The notes below the pieces were generated by a model. It was not told where the DNA came from. It saw only the letters and a program-made list of their open reading frames with translations, and searched no databases. Position numbers and translations under genes: made by a program. 64,000 nt of DNA from an uncultured Gemmatimonadales bacterium (GTDB lineage Bacteria > Gemmatimonadota > Gemmatimonadetes > Gemmatimonadales > GWC2-71-9). Position 1 is the first letter of the stretch. Each line of letters begins with the position of its first letter. Positions 1 through 10,858 of the stretch are shown here, piece by piece. The stretch is taken from positions 256,001-320,000 of the forward strand of contig CAWCVB010000001.1 of NCBI GenBank assembly GCA_963798915.1. Reading direction: 5' to 3'.

Positions 1-5
1 TTCAT
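1..5 (-). CDS. Start of a gene running off the left edge
   Basis: Minus strand reads AAGGAGGtaccggccATG: strong Shine-Dalgarno plus ATG at 5. Confidence 0.5.
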
Positions 6-75
6 GGCCGGTACCTCCTTGGGGTAGTAGGGATTCTGATACTGACGCCGGGAGGGTGGGTTGTCAAATGGGGAG

Positions 76-113
76 GGCGGGAAGGCGGGAAGGCGGGAAG
101 GCGGGAAGGCGGG
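76..113. repeat. Tandem octamer (GGCGGGAA) x~4.7
   Basis: Read directly; same unit at 43493-43538, related GACGGGAA at 24674-24710. Confidence 0.9.
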
Positions 114-129
114 CTGAAGCTCGCCTCCG

Positions 130-166
130 CGTCACCCCGGTGCAAACCGGGGTCCATGAGGGGCTC
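130..166. repeat. Dispersed palindromic repeat family A (CGTCACCCCGGTGNAAACCGGGGTCCATGAGGG)
   Basis: Near-identical copies at 21038 and 24825. Confidence 0.9.
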
Positions 167-197
167 GGGCATGGCTGCTGACAGACGGGCCGTGACT

Positions 198-289
198 CGC
201 GACTTTCGTACGGGCAGAGCCATGGCTCTGCCCCGACGCGACCCGCGACTTTCGTACGGGCAGAGCCATGGCTCTGCCCCGACGCGACC
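198..289. repeat. Two tandem 46-bp units, each with the REP-like palindrome GTAC-GGGCAGAGCCATGGCTCTGCCC
   Basis: Perfect 22-bp palindromes at 212-233 and 258-279; relatives at 23360, 30846 and 32869-32982. Confidence 0.9.
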
Positions 290-296
290 CTGCGAC

Positions 297-2171
297 CTAC
301 CTGTATCCCTGTGCCTGCAACTGAAACAGATCGGCGTAAAGCCCGCCCTGGGCAACCAGCGCCTCGTGCGTACCCTGTTCGGTCAGCCTGCCTTCCTGCA
401 GCACCAGAATCCGGTCCGCCATCCGGACGGTGGAGAACCGATGCGAAATGAGCACCGCCATCTTGCCGCGGGTGAGTTCCGAGAAGCGGAGGAACACCTC
501 GTACTCGGCGCGGGCATCGAGCGCCGCGGTGGGTTCGTCCAGCACCAGCAGCTGGGCATCCCGCATGTAGGCGCGGGCCAGCGCCACCTTCTGCCACTCG
601 CCGCCGGAAAGATCGGCGCCGCCCTCGAAGCGGCGGCCCAGCATCCGTTCATACCCGCCGACCCGGCTCGCCACGCTGTCCGCCAGACTGCGGCGCGCTG
701 CCTCTTCCACCAGGGCAGCATCGTCCACCCGGCTGATGTCGCCCACCGCCACGTTCTCGCGCAGCAGGAAGTCGTAGCGCACGAAGTCCTGGAAGATGAC
801 GCCAGCATTCTGCCGGAGGCTTTCGACGTCATACTCCTTGAGGTCCACCCCATCCAGCAGGATGCGCCCTTCGGTCGGGTCGTAGAGCCGGACCAGCAGC
901 TTGGCCAGGGTGGTCTTCCCCGCACCGTTCTCACCCACCAGTGCCAGTCGCTCTCCGGGTGCAAGACGGAAGGTCAGTCCTTGCACCGCCCAGCGTTCCT
1001 GGCCCGCGTAACGAAAGCCCACGTTCTCGAACGCGAACCCGGTCTGGATCGGCCGGGGCACCGGCACCGGCACTGCGGGAGGCCTCATTCGCGGCTCGAT
1101 TTCGAAAAAGCCGAACAGGTCGTCCAGGTAGAGGCTTTGCTCATAGACCTGGGCCAGCGCCAGCAGCACGCGTTGCAGCAGGTCCCGGCTCTGGCGGAAG
1201 CTCGCGGCCAGGAACGTCAGCGTACCGATGGTGATGAGGCCGGCTGGCGAGCGATACTGGATGACGGCGAGATAGATGATGATTGCGTATGCGGCGTAGT
1301 AGCCCAGCGTGCCCAGCGCGTTCAGCCCAATCGAGACGCCGCTCCGCCTGATGGAAAGCCGGCGGTTGGCCTGGTAGAATTCCCGCGAGAGCCTGTCGTA
1401 TCGACCCACGAAGAAATCCGAAAGCCCGAACAGCTTGAGTTCCTTGGCTGAGATGTCGCTGGCGCCAATGTAGCGGAGGTAATCGAGCTGGCGGCGCTGG
1501 GGTGTCCAGGAAAAAAGCAGCGAGTAACCCAGCGAGGCGTAGTGCGTCTCGCCAAGGAAAGACGGCAACACCGCCACGAGCAGCAGCAGGAGAAGCCAGG
1601 GCACGTAGATGGCGACGGCCGCGGCAATCGAGCCCAACGTGATGAGGTCCTGCGCGGTGCCCAGCAGCAGCGTCACCAGCGCCAGCCGTCCGACGGTCTG
1701 CCGCCGGGCCCGCTCCAGCCGGTCGTAGATGTCGGCGTCTTCCAGCTGCTCGAGGTCGAGCTGGGCGGCATGCCGCATCAGCCGCACGCTGGTCTCGTTG
1801 GCAAACAAGTCGCCCAGCAGGCTCTCGAGCAGCGAGCTGGTCCGGCTTGCCACCGTGGCCAGGAGTGCCAGGCCCAGTTCGCCCGCCAGCAGCAGCGCCA
1901 GGTAGTGCCAGTCGGGCGTCACGCCCCGGGCCCGGCCGGCAACGGCCACCACCACGCCGTCCACGATCAGCTTGCCAATCCAGAGCATCGCGATGGGGAC
2001 GGCGCCGCTCAGGAGCCGGAGCAGGATCACGCCGGTGGCATAGCGCGGCGCGGTCTGCCACACCAGCTTCAGGAGGCGGGGTACGTGCCGCATGGCCCGG
2101 AACCGGCCACGCCACGTCTCTGGCCGGTTGCCGGGCTGAAGCCGGGCGGGCCGGCCGAGCGGAATGCTCAT
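297..2171 (-). CDS. ABC transporter, fused permease/ATP-binding protein
   Basis: TM N-terminus, Walker A GENGAGKT, LSGGEWQ signature, LVLDEPT, ISHR. Confidence 0.95.
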   Translation of the reverse strand: MSIPLGRPARLQPGNRPETWRGRFRAMRHVPRLLKLVWQTAPRYATGVILLRLLSGAVPIAMLWIGKLIVDGVVVAVAGRARGVTPDWHYLALLLAGELGLALLATVASRTSSLLESLLGDLFANETSVRLMRHAAQLDLEQLEDADIYDRLERARRQTVGRLALVTLLLGTAQDLITLGSIAAAVAIYVPWLLLLLLVAVLPSFLGETHYASLGYSLLFSWTPQRRQLDYLRYIGASDISAKELKLFGLSDFFVGRYDRLSREFYQANRRLSIRRSGVSIGLNALGTLGYYAAYAIIIYLAVIQYRSPAGLITIGTLTFLAASFRQSRDLLQRVLLALAQVYEQSLYLDDLFGFFEIEPRMRPPAVPVPVPRPIQTGFAFENVGFRYAGQERWAVQGLTFRLAPGERLALVGENGAGKTTLAKLLVRLYDPTEGRILLDGVDLKEYDVESLRQNAGVIFQDFVRYDFLLRENVAVGDISRVDDAALVEEAARRSLADSVASRVGGYERMLGRRFEGGADLSGGEWQKVALARAYMRDAQLLVLDEPTAALDARAEYEVFLRFSELTRGKMAVLISHRFSTVRMADRILVLQEGRLTEQGTHEALVAQGGLYADLFQLQAQGYR

Positions 2172-2206
2172 GCTGGAATGCTAATCATGTCGCTGGAGGA
2201 GTCCGC

Positions 2207-2833
2207 ATGTCCGGGAGCCTGCACGATCTCGTCACCAACCTCCTGCAGTTCGGGACCGGCAGTGACCATGTGTCAGTGGTCGAAAAAATCATCCGGCCGG
2301 TCGTGGTTTACGTCCTGCTGGTGCTCGCGCTCAAGGCGATGGGCAAGCGGGTGCTGGCGCAGCTGAATGCCTTCGATCTTGTGGTACTGCTGGTCATCTC
2401 GAATACGGTGCAGAACGCGATCATCGGCAACGACACCTCGCTCTCCGGGGGAATCATTGGCGGCATGGCCCTTCTGCTGACCAATGCACTGCTGATCCGC
2501 ATAAGCTGGCGCGGTCCCAATGTTCCCCTCCGTGGTGAGGGCAGGGATGTGCCGCTCTGGCAGTTTGGCGAAGCCAACGAAGAAAACCTCAATCGCTATC
2601 ACATTACCGTACCTGAGCTTGCCGCGACGGCGCATGAACGGGGATTCAGCTCGCTCGAGGAAGTGGAAAAGGTAGCGCTGGCGCCCAACGGCACGCTCTC
2701 CTTCGCAGGGCGCGAGAGCAGCTCGGAAGATTTCCGGCACCGTGAACTGATGCAGCGGCTGGAATCGATGGAGCGCGACCTGTCACTGCTGATTCGCCGG
2801 GACCCCGGGGCATCGGCGCCCGTTACGGGCTAA
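2207..2833 (+). CDS. DUF421/YetF family membrane protein
   Basis: GKRVLAQLNAFDLVVLLVISNTVQNA motif; GGAGGAG before ATG 2207. Confidence 0.85.
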   Translation: MSGSLHDLVTNLLQFGTGSDHVSVVEKIIRPVVVYVLLVLALKAMGKRVLAQLNAFDLVVLLVISNTVQNAIIGNDTSLSGGIIGGMALLLTNALLIRISWRGPNVPLRGEGRDVPLWQFGEANEENLNRYHITVPELAATAHERGFSSLEEVEKVALAPNGTLSFAGRESSSEDFRHRELMQRLESMERDLSLLIRRDPGASAPVTG

Positions 2834-2842
2834 CTTCAGGGC

Positions 2843-3553
2843 GTGACCACTCATCGAACGGCGCTGATCACGGGCGCCACGGAAGGTATCGGGCGCGCCA
2901 TCGCGGCGGCGCTCGCCGGCGCCGGCTACCAGGTCGGCATCTGCGCCCGTACCGCGGACAGGGTGACCGAGCTGGTGGAGGAACTCCGGGCCGGTGGCGC
3001 ACGCGCTTCCGGGCGTGCGGCCGATGTTGGCCGGCCGGAGGATGTGACGGCGCTGGTTCGCCACGTGGAGCAGGAGCTGGGACCGGTGGACGTCCTGGTC
3101 AACAACGCCGGGATCGCCCGCATCCGTCCCATCGCCGAACTCACGCTCGACGATTGGGACGCCACCATGGCGACGAACCTGCGTGGCCTCTTCCTGATGA
3201 CCCAGGCGGTGCTGCCGGGCATGCGCGCGCGCCGCGCCGGCACCATCGTCAACATTGCCAGCCTCGCCGGCCGAAATGGATTTGCGGGCGGAGCCGCCTA
3301 CGCTGCGTCCAAGCATGCCGTGCTCGGCTTTGCCAAGTCGCTGATGCTGGAAGTCCGCAAGGACGACGTTCGCGTCGTCACGATCTGCCCCGGCAGCGTG
3401 GACACCAGTCTCCTGCGGCAGGAGCCGGCACTCTTCGGCAAGGATCGAAAAATCCTGACGCCCGAAGATGTTGCGGATGTCGTGCTCGCCACGCTCGCGC
3501 TGCCGGCGCGCGCGCTGGTGAGCGAGCTGGATCTTCGCCCCAGCAATCCGTGA
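2843..3553 (+). CDS. SDR family oxidoreductase
   Basis: TGATEGIG, NNAG, YAASK. Confidence 0.95.
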   Translation: MTTHRTALITGATEGIGRAIAAALAGAGYQVGICARTADRVTELVEELRAGGARASGRAADVGRPEDVTALVRHVEQELGPVDVLVNNAGIARIRPIAELTLDDWDATMATNLRGLFLMTQAVLPGMRARRAGTIVNIASLAGRNGFAGGAAYAASKHAVLGFAKSLMLEVRKDDVRVVTICPGSVDTSLLRQEPALFGKDRKILTPEDVADVVLATLALPARALVSELDLRPSNP

Positions 3554-3764
3554 GCGCTCGCCGCGACATCAGCATCACCCACTGCCTCTGCCGCCGGATG
3601 GCCTTTGCCGACCTGCTGCCGCAAGCCCGCGCGGGCGGCTGGACTCTGGACCAGCTGGTCTCCGAAACCGGCTGCGGTGCGCAGTGCGGGTTGTGCCGGC
3701 CGTACCTCAGGCGCATGCTGCAGAGCGGCGAGACCGTCTTCCACGAACTCCTGACCGAGCAACC

Positions 3765-3768
<4 letters not shown>
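3550..3768 (+). CDS. BFD-like [2Fe-2S]-binding protein
   Basis: CLC...CGAQCGLCRPY; GTGA and ATGA overlaps with both neighbours. Confidence 0.85.
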
Positions 3769-5315
<1,547 letters not shown>

Positions 5316-5336
<21 letters not shown>

Positions 5337-5363
5337 ACGGCTAGACGGCTAGACGGCTGGACG
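5316..5363. repeat. Tandem octamer GGCT(A/G)GAC containing the kinase stop codon
   Basis: About 6 copies read directly. Confidence 0.85.
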
Positions 5364-5437
5364 CGCAGCGGTAGCTTGGTGCGCGCTCGACCCTCGACGC
5401 TCGACTTTCAGCCTTCGGCCCTACTAAGTTCTCCCTG

Positions 5438-5782
5438 ATGCGTTCCAGCTGGAGTTCCCGCCTCAACGCTCTCATCCTCACCCTCCTCATCATGGGTGGC
5501 GGGAGCGGGTTGCCGGTGGTGGACGCACTCTTCCATCACCTGCGCGGCCAGGTACTGGTCGCCGGATCGCATCTCCACAATCCCGACGATTCATGCCACG
5601 CCGAACGCTGTACCCTCGGCGCACCCCTGCCCACGCTGGCGCGGACACCTCCTGCCCGACCGTCCGATCTTCTCACACCGCTACCCGGAACTCGGCTGTT
5701 CCTCGTGGAGCCTGCCCTTCCCGGCACGGCTCCAGCGCGCACGCCTGACCAGGCCCGCGCACCTCCGCACCCTCTCGGCTGA
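5438..5782 (+). CDS. DUF2946/CruR-like upstream ORF (putative RAPP arrest peptide)
   Basis: Hydrophobic N-terminus, FHH, HLH-x5-CH-x3-C, Pro-rich spacer, C-terminal RAPP; directly upstream of a TBDR. Confidence 0.75.
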   Translation: MRSSWSSRLNALILTLLIMGGGSGLPVVDALFHHLRGQVLVAGSHLHNPDDSCHAERCTLGAPLPTLARTPPARPSDLLTPLPGTRLFLVEPALPGTAPARTPDQARAPPHPLG

Positions 5783-5861
5783 TCCAATCTGACACCGGCG
5801 CTGGCGCCGCCCCCCGCGGGGCAGCGCGCGGCGCGCATGCACACCATTCAGAGAGAGAGTG
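5768..5861 (+). promoter_or_regulatory. Putative anti-SD/SD attenuator stem
   Basis: CACCCTCTCGGCTGA (5768-5782) can form 12 pairs with TCAGAGAGAGAGTG (5848-5861); GC-rich inner stems. Confidence 0.55.
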
Positions 5862-5867
5862 CTCTTC

Positions 5868-8069
5868 ATGACATTCCTGCTCTTGGCGCTGGCGCTTGGC
5901 AGCGCCGCGCCCGCTCCGGATGCGCCCGCGGGCATTATCCAAGGCACGGTGACCGGGTCGGATTCCGCCCTTGCCGGCGTGCGGGTCTCGCTGATCGAGA
6001 CCGGCAGAGTCACCACCACCGACGCGCAGGGCCATTACCGATTCTCGAGTATTGCGCGGGGGTCGTACGGCATTTCCTTCGCGATGGTGGGCTACGCACC
6101 CCGGGTGTTCCGGGTTCGAATGGAGAATTCCGATATCACGCTCAACGTTTCCCTGGTACCATCGCTGGTGGAGCTGCCCGACCTGCAGGTGACGGCCTCG
6201 CCGCTTGCGACCACCGCACTCAATTCACCGCAGCCCACGTCGGTGCTGGGCGCCGCCGACCTCGCCGCCACGGGCGCGCCGACCCTGGGCGAGACGGCAA
6301 GCAGTCTGCCCGGCGTCCGCAGCGTGAGCACCGGAGCGGGCATCGGCAAACCGGTGATCCGCGGGCTGACCTCCAACCGCGTGCTGGTGCTGGCGAATGG
6401 CCAGCGCATGGAGACGGCGCAATGGGGCGACGAACATGGCCCCAACATCGAGACGGCCGATGCCCAGCGCATCGAGGTCATTCGTGGTCCGGCCAGCGTC
6501 CTCTATGGTTCGGACGCGCTGGGCGGCGTCATCAACGTGATAGCGCGACCGCTTCCTGACGCACTCGACAAGGCGCCGTTCATGGGCGGACGCGCCGAGG
6601 CCAGCATTGCCAGCAACAACGAGATGCCGGAAGGGACCCTGGCAGTTGAAGGAGCGAGTGGCGGTTTCGGATTTCGGGCCTCCGGCACGGCTCGCCAGGG
6701 AGGCGATGTGCGCACCCCTGATGGAAAGCTGCCCAACAGCGGACTGCGCACCGTGGGCGGAGAAGCGTCGGCCGGTCTGCGCGGGGGCTGGGGATCTGGC
6801 CAGCTCACGTACGCGCACCGTGACGAACGGATAGAGATCCATGAGGACCCCGCCGAGGACCCTGGCGCCACGCCGTTCCAGCGCATCGGCGAGGATCGTG
6901 TTCACCTCGCGGCCACATTGCCGGTCGGGGAGTCGCACCTGGATGTGAACGGCGGGTATGAACGCAACAACCGTCGTGAATTCGAGGAGGATGGCGCCAC
7001 CGACGTCGCACTGGGGCTCCGCACCCAGAGCTGGACCACCGACCTGCGACTGCATCACCCAGCCGTCGGACCATTCGCCGGTATTCTGGGACTCAGTGGC
7101 GAGCGCAGCGCCCTTGGCACCTACGGTGAGGAGGCACTCGTACCGGCCAACCGCGTCGTCAACGGCGCGCTGTACCTGTCGGAGCAGGCGTCGCTTGCCC
7201 GCTGGGAGCTGAGCTTCGGGCTGCGCGGCGACCTGCGCCGCCTGGATGTGGACACGGACGATCGTCTCGGCGTCACCAGCCAGACCCGAAACTTCGGTGC
7301 CGTCAGCGGCAGCTTTGGCGCGCTGCTCCATACCACCGGGCAGACGGCCCTGGTCCTGAACGTGGGTCGAGGATTCCGTGCGCCGAGCGCATTCGAGCTG
7401 TTTGCCAACGGAGTCCATGAGGGCACCGTCCGGTTCGAGCACGGCGACTCACTGCTGGCCAACGAGCATTCGTTGAACACCGATCTCGCCTTCCGGGTCG
7501 CCTCCAACCGGGTCAGTGCCGAAGTGGGCGGGTTCCTGAACCTGGTGGACAACTACATCTACCCGGCGCCCACCAGTGGGACCGACCCAGAAAGCGGATT
7601 CCCCATTTTCCAGTACACTCAGGGCAACGCCCGCCTGACCGGATTCGAGGCGATTGCCGAGTATCATCCGTCAGCATGGCTCCATTTCCGCGGCACCGCT
7701 GATTACGTCAATGGCCAGAACACCGACCTGGCCCAGCCGCTTCCCTTTGTCCCGCCGCTCAGGGCGACATACGCGGTGCGACTCGAGGGCGCGGACATCG
7801 GAGCTGTGAGCGGACCGTATCTCTCAGTACAGGGCGAGACCAACCTCAAGCAGACACGATTGGCACCCGACGACTTTGCCCCTCCGGGCAAGACGCTGGT
7901 GCATCTGGCTGGCGGCCTGAATGCCGTGGTGGGCAGGCGGCCGATATCACTGGATGTTCAGGTGCGGAATCTGTTCGACACGGCTTACACCAGCTTCCTC
8001 AGCCGGTACAAGACGTATGCCCTGGACCCGGGGCGCAACATCATCGTGCGCGTTGGCACGGAGTTCTGA
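5868..8069 (+). CDS. TonB-dependent receptor, putative metal/metallophore uptake
   Basis: Signal peptide, N-terminal Ig-like extension, plug (KPVIRG, QWGDEHG, IEVIRGPASVLYGSDALGGVIN), C-terminal F; alternative start GTG 5859. Confidence 0.95.
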   Translation: MTFLLLALALGSAAPAPDAPAGIIQGTVTGSDSALAGVRVSLIETGRVTTTDAQGHYRFSSIARGSYGISFAMVGYAPRVFRVRMENSDITLNVSLVPSLVELPDLQVTASPLATTALNSPQPTSVLGAADLAATGAPTLGETASSLPGVRSVSTGAGIGKPVIRGLTSNRVLVLANGQRMETAQWGDEHGPNIETADAQRIEVIRGPASVLYGSDALGGVINVIARPLPDALDKAPFMGGRAEASIASNNEMPEGTLAVEGASGGFGFRASGTARQGGDVRTPDGKLPNSGLRTVGGEASAGLRGGWGSGQLTYAHRDERIEIHEDPAEDPGATPFQRIGEDRVHLAATLPVGESHLDVNGGYERNNRREFEEDGATDVALGLRTQSWTTDLRLHHPAVGPFAGILGLSGERSALGTYGEEALVPANRVVNGALYLSEQASLARWELSFGLRGDLRRLDVDTDDRLGVTSQTRNFGAVSGSFGALLHTTGQTALVLNVGRGFRAPSAFELFANGVHEGTVRFEHGDSLLANEHSLNTDLAFRVASNRVSAEVGGFLNLVDNYIYPAPTSGTDPESGFPIFQYTQGNARLTGFEAIAEYHPSAWLHFRGTADYVNGQNTDLAQPLPFVPPLRATYAVRLEGADIGAVSGPYLSVQGETNLKQTRLAPDDFAPPGKTLVHLAGGLNAVVGRRPISLDVQVRNLFDTAYTSFLSRYKTYALDPGRNIIVRVGTEF

Positions 8070-8074
8070 AAGCG

Positions 8075-8104
8075 AGAGCGGCCCGGACACTGTCCGGGCC
8101 GCTT
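8075..8104. terminator. Hairpin between convergent genes
   Basis: AGCGGCCCGGACA-C-TGTCCGGGCCGCT. Confidence 0.7.
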
Positions 8105-8108
8105 GTTC

Positions 8109-8640
8109 CTAGAGACCGCCGCCGCCGCCACCGCCTGGAGGGGCGGGCGGCATGTAGAGAATCTTGAGCGCGTAGGGACCAAAGCTGGTGGCGCCTTGGG
8201 ACACGTGAAACAGGCTGAAGTAAAGCGTGATCTGCTGGCCGACCTGCAGCCCGGCGATGGTGCCCTCGAAGGGCTTGCTGGGATCCTGCTCAAAGCTGAT
8301 GCCCGGCGGCAGCACCTGCGATGCGGCGCTGGAGGACACCCGCAGTTGCGAAGTCCTGTGGTGAAAGACTTGACTCGCGGGTTCGATTGGGGCGGAAGAA
8401 GGTGGACTGCACCTTGAACAGGCCGACGATAACCGTTGCCGTCGCACCCGCAAATCCGTTGGTGGCGTCGGTGGCGGCGTAATCGTTACCGGCAGTACCG
8501 GGCTGATCGATGACCGTAATGACCATCTTCTCGATATCGGGTTCATTACTGTTGTTGTCGGTCCCGCTGCTGCATGAGAGCAGCAGGCCGGCAACCAGGC
8601 CGGCCGGCATCAGCAGGGCTCGAGCAGTCAGGAGACGCAT
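8109..8640 (-). CDS. Hypothetical lipoprotein, frameshifted near 8349
   Basis: GGAGG RBS, lipobox LLSC; ORFs 8290-8646 and 8109-8594 join if one G is removed (QDF-QLRV); Pro/Gly tail. Confidence 0.65.
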
Positions 8641-8739
8641 CAACAACCTCCGGAAGGGAACGGATGATCACCACAATCTAACGGGGTTCGCCAGCGTGAG
8701 TGGAGACGTCCCGGCCCCGACCCCCTGCACGCCCTCCGA

Positions 8740-10296
8740 TCATCGGTCACCCCCTAGCCGTGGTGGTGAGCGCTTCCAGCCCGGCATGATGGGCGGCGCT
8801 ACCGCTTCCCGCCGAAGGACTTCCAGCCAGGGCGAGAGTGCGTCGGCAAACTGCCGGGCCCAGTCCTCGTCGCCCCCGCCAAACATCCCTTCCTGCGCCA
8901 CCGAAAAGATCAATGCACCAGTAATGCGGCCCTGAAACCGTAGCGCGGCAATGAGTGACGTGGTCCCCGGCTCGTCGGCGATGAGCACGGGTACCTCGCC
9001 TCGAAGCACCCGACCCAATGGCAGCTCGCCAGGCGCCACCTGTGGGAGATCTGCCAGCGGGCGGCGTTCACCCGGTCCGAGGATCGCCACACGCGACTCG
9101 TCGCCCAGGCGGAGCGCCACGGTCATCTCCTCGAAATCCAGCACAGCTGCCGCCTCGCTCTGCGCCCGCCGGAGCGCCTCGGCAGGATCCCGCACCGTGG
9201 CCAGCGACTCCAGCATGCGTGACAAGCGACTCGGGCCGCTGCGTTGCGCCGCCGCGTGGCTCCGGAGAACCTGGAGGTGTCCGGTCAGGACAAACGCATC
9301 AACTCGGGTCGCCACCGCTGGAGCAATGCAGCCGAGCAGTGCGAGATCTTCGTCGGTGTAGCGGTGATCGGCTGACGACCCGAGCAGCAGGACCCCGACC
9401 AGTCGGCCGGCCATCTCAAGCCGGATCCCAGCGACCGAGCGCATGGCCGGGCTGCCGGCCACCGGCGGCATCGCGACCGGATCCCCGGGCACGCCCTCGT
9501 ACAGAATGGACGGTACGCTGGCAAAGAGCCCTGCCAGGTCTACCTGCGAGCGCGGCACGACCAGGTCAGGATCGCCCCAGAGCGGACCACCCGGATGCTG
9601 CCCAAGCCGGTACCACTGTTCACTGGAGGTGCCGGGCACCAGCAGCTCGAGCCGCTCATGCGCGATGACTGGACCCAGCAGCCCGCTCAGTCCTTCAGAC
9701 AGGTCGCGCGGTGATCCTGCATTGGCCGCGAGCTGGGCAATATCCGCCACCAGTTGCATCGTCTCGCGCGCGGTGCGCTCGGGACGGGGCGTTTCGTTGG
9801 CGCGCCAGCGTCGGGCGAGCCGGCCCAGCGTAGCCGCGAGTGAGTCGGCCACCAGCTGCGCAGCGGCGCGCTCCCGCGGCCCGTGGACATCCGGCGCGAG
9901 AGCGGCGAACATCAGGAGGCCGACGTCGAGTCCGGCATCAGTCGCGACCACGCACGTGGTCGAGCGATACCCGGCATCACGTACGATATCTTCCAGCAGG
10001 GTGAGCTGCTCGATGCCCACACTAGGTGGTTCGGGAATGGCGAGCTGGTCGGCAGCGAGCGCTTCCGGTCCCAGGAGAACCGAACCGCCGCCGGCCGGGT
10101 AGAGCCAGAATCCGAAGAGCTCATGGGGAATTTCGCTGGCCAGCGACACCGAGAGTGCCTCGTGCCAGGTCGCGCGAGTTACTTCGTCAGCCGGGTCCTC
10201 GCCGGGCCGAAGCAGCGGCACAAGCGGTCCCTCCCCGAGAAACTGCACGGGAATGTCGGACGCTCGGGACGTTTCGTCGGCGGACATGATGGCCAC
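8740..10296 (-). CDS. Multi-GAF-like domain protein with no visible output domain
   Basis: Repeated GAF-like ends (GRLVGVLLLGS...YTDEDLALL; GRITGALIFS...FADAL); start may be ATG 10287. Confidence 0.7.
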   Translation of the reverse strand: MAIMSADETSRASDIPVQFLGEGPLVPLLRPGEDPADEVTRATWHEALSVSLASEIPHELFGFWLYPAGGGSVLLGPEALAADQLAIPEPPSVGIEQLTLLEDIVRDAGYRSTTCVVATDAGLDVGLLMFAALAPDVHGPRERAAAQLVADSLAATLGRLARRWRANETPRPERTARETMQLVADIAQLAANAGSPRDLSEGLSGLLGPVIAHERLELLVPGTSSEQWYRLGQHPGGPLWGDPDLVVPRSQVDLAGLFASVPSILYEGVPGDPVAMPPVAGSPAMRSVAGIRLEMAGRLVGVLLLGSSADHRYTDEDLALLGCIAPAVATRVDAFVLTGHLQVLRSHAAAQRSGPSRLSRMLESLATVRDPAEALRRAQSEAAAVLDFEEMTVALRLGDESRVAILGPGERRPLADLPQVAPGELPLGRVLRGEVPVLIADEPGTTSLIAALRFQGRITGALIFSVAQEGMFGGGDEDWARQFADALSPWLEVLRREAVAPPIMPGWKRSPPRLGGDR

Positions 10297-10301
10297 GCAA
10301 G

Positions 10302-10355
10302 CGCACGAGCCGTGCCCCGGTACGGGCCCTCGTCGTATTTTGCAAGTGATTGAAA
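10302..10355 (-). promoter_or_regulatory. Possible sigma54 promoter plus IHF-like site
   Basis: Minus strand GGCAC-N5-GTGC with 12-nt GG/GC spacing; TTTCAATCACTTG is 1 mismatch from WATCAANNNNTTR. Confidence 0.4.
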
Positions 10356-10471
10356 TGCCATGACTTAGACTGATGACAGGTGGGAGGTGAAGCGGCCGTG
10401 ACCCGCCAGATCCGTATTTCGCAACAACCTACCCGCGTCCGGCGAGCCGGACGCCACCGAGGAGTTGGCCA

Positions 10472-10690
10472 ATGGAGCAGGTAACCCTGACGATCAACGG
10501 CATGTCCTGCGGCCATTGCGTGGCTGCCGTCAAGCAGGCATTGTCCCGTGCCACCGGCGTCCAGCAGGTGACATCGGTCGAAGTCGGACGGGCCCAGGTC
10601 GTGATCGATGAAGCGGCCACTTCACCGGATCAGGTCGCCGAAGTGGTGACCGAAGCCGGCTATGATGCGCATCCGGTCAGTCTGTCCTGA
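10472..10690 (+). CDS. copZ: Heavy-metal-associated (CopZ-like) chaperone
   Basis: GMSCGHCV, EAGY; GAGGAG RBS. Confidence 0.9.
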   Translation: MEQVTLTINGMSCGHCVAAVKQALSRATGVQQVTSVEVGRAQVVIDEAATSPDQVAEVVTEAGYDAHPVSLS

Positions 10691-10788
10691 CGCGAGACAC
10701 ACCAGGCCAGGTCGTAGCAGACTGAGACCTTTGAATCTGCCAGCGCCACTCAGGCGAGCATTCCGGGCTCGCTGAAACTGGCCCTCGA

Positions 10789-10804
10789 CGGTACGTAGCT
10801 TGCA
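10789..10804 (+). promoter_or_regulatory. Possible sigma54 -24/-12 promoter
   Basis: CGGTAC-GTAGC-TTGCA with correct GG-GC spacing, upstream of the transpeptidase. Confidence 0.45.
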
Positions 10805-10858
10805 CTACCTGCAGGTGTCCGTTGGAAATCCCGATTTTGGCAGTGAGGTCATGCGGCA

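Noticed and set aside
198..289. 46-bp tandem units as a CRISPR array
   Set aside because: Only two units, identical intervening sequence, no cas genes; fits a REP-like repeat
156..1451. Long antisense ORFs (also 48116-49720, 59539-60951, 23460-24854, 33306-34736)
   Set aside because: Shadow frames of well-supported genes in high-GC DNA, with no motifs
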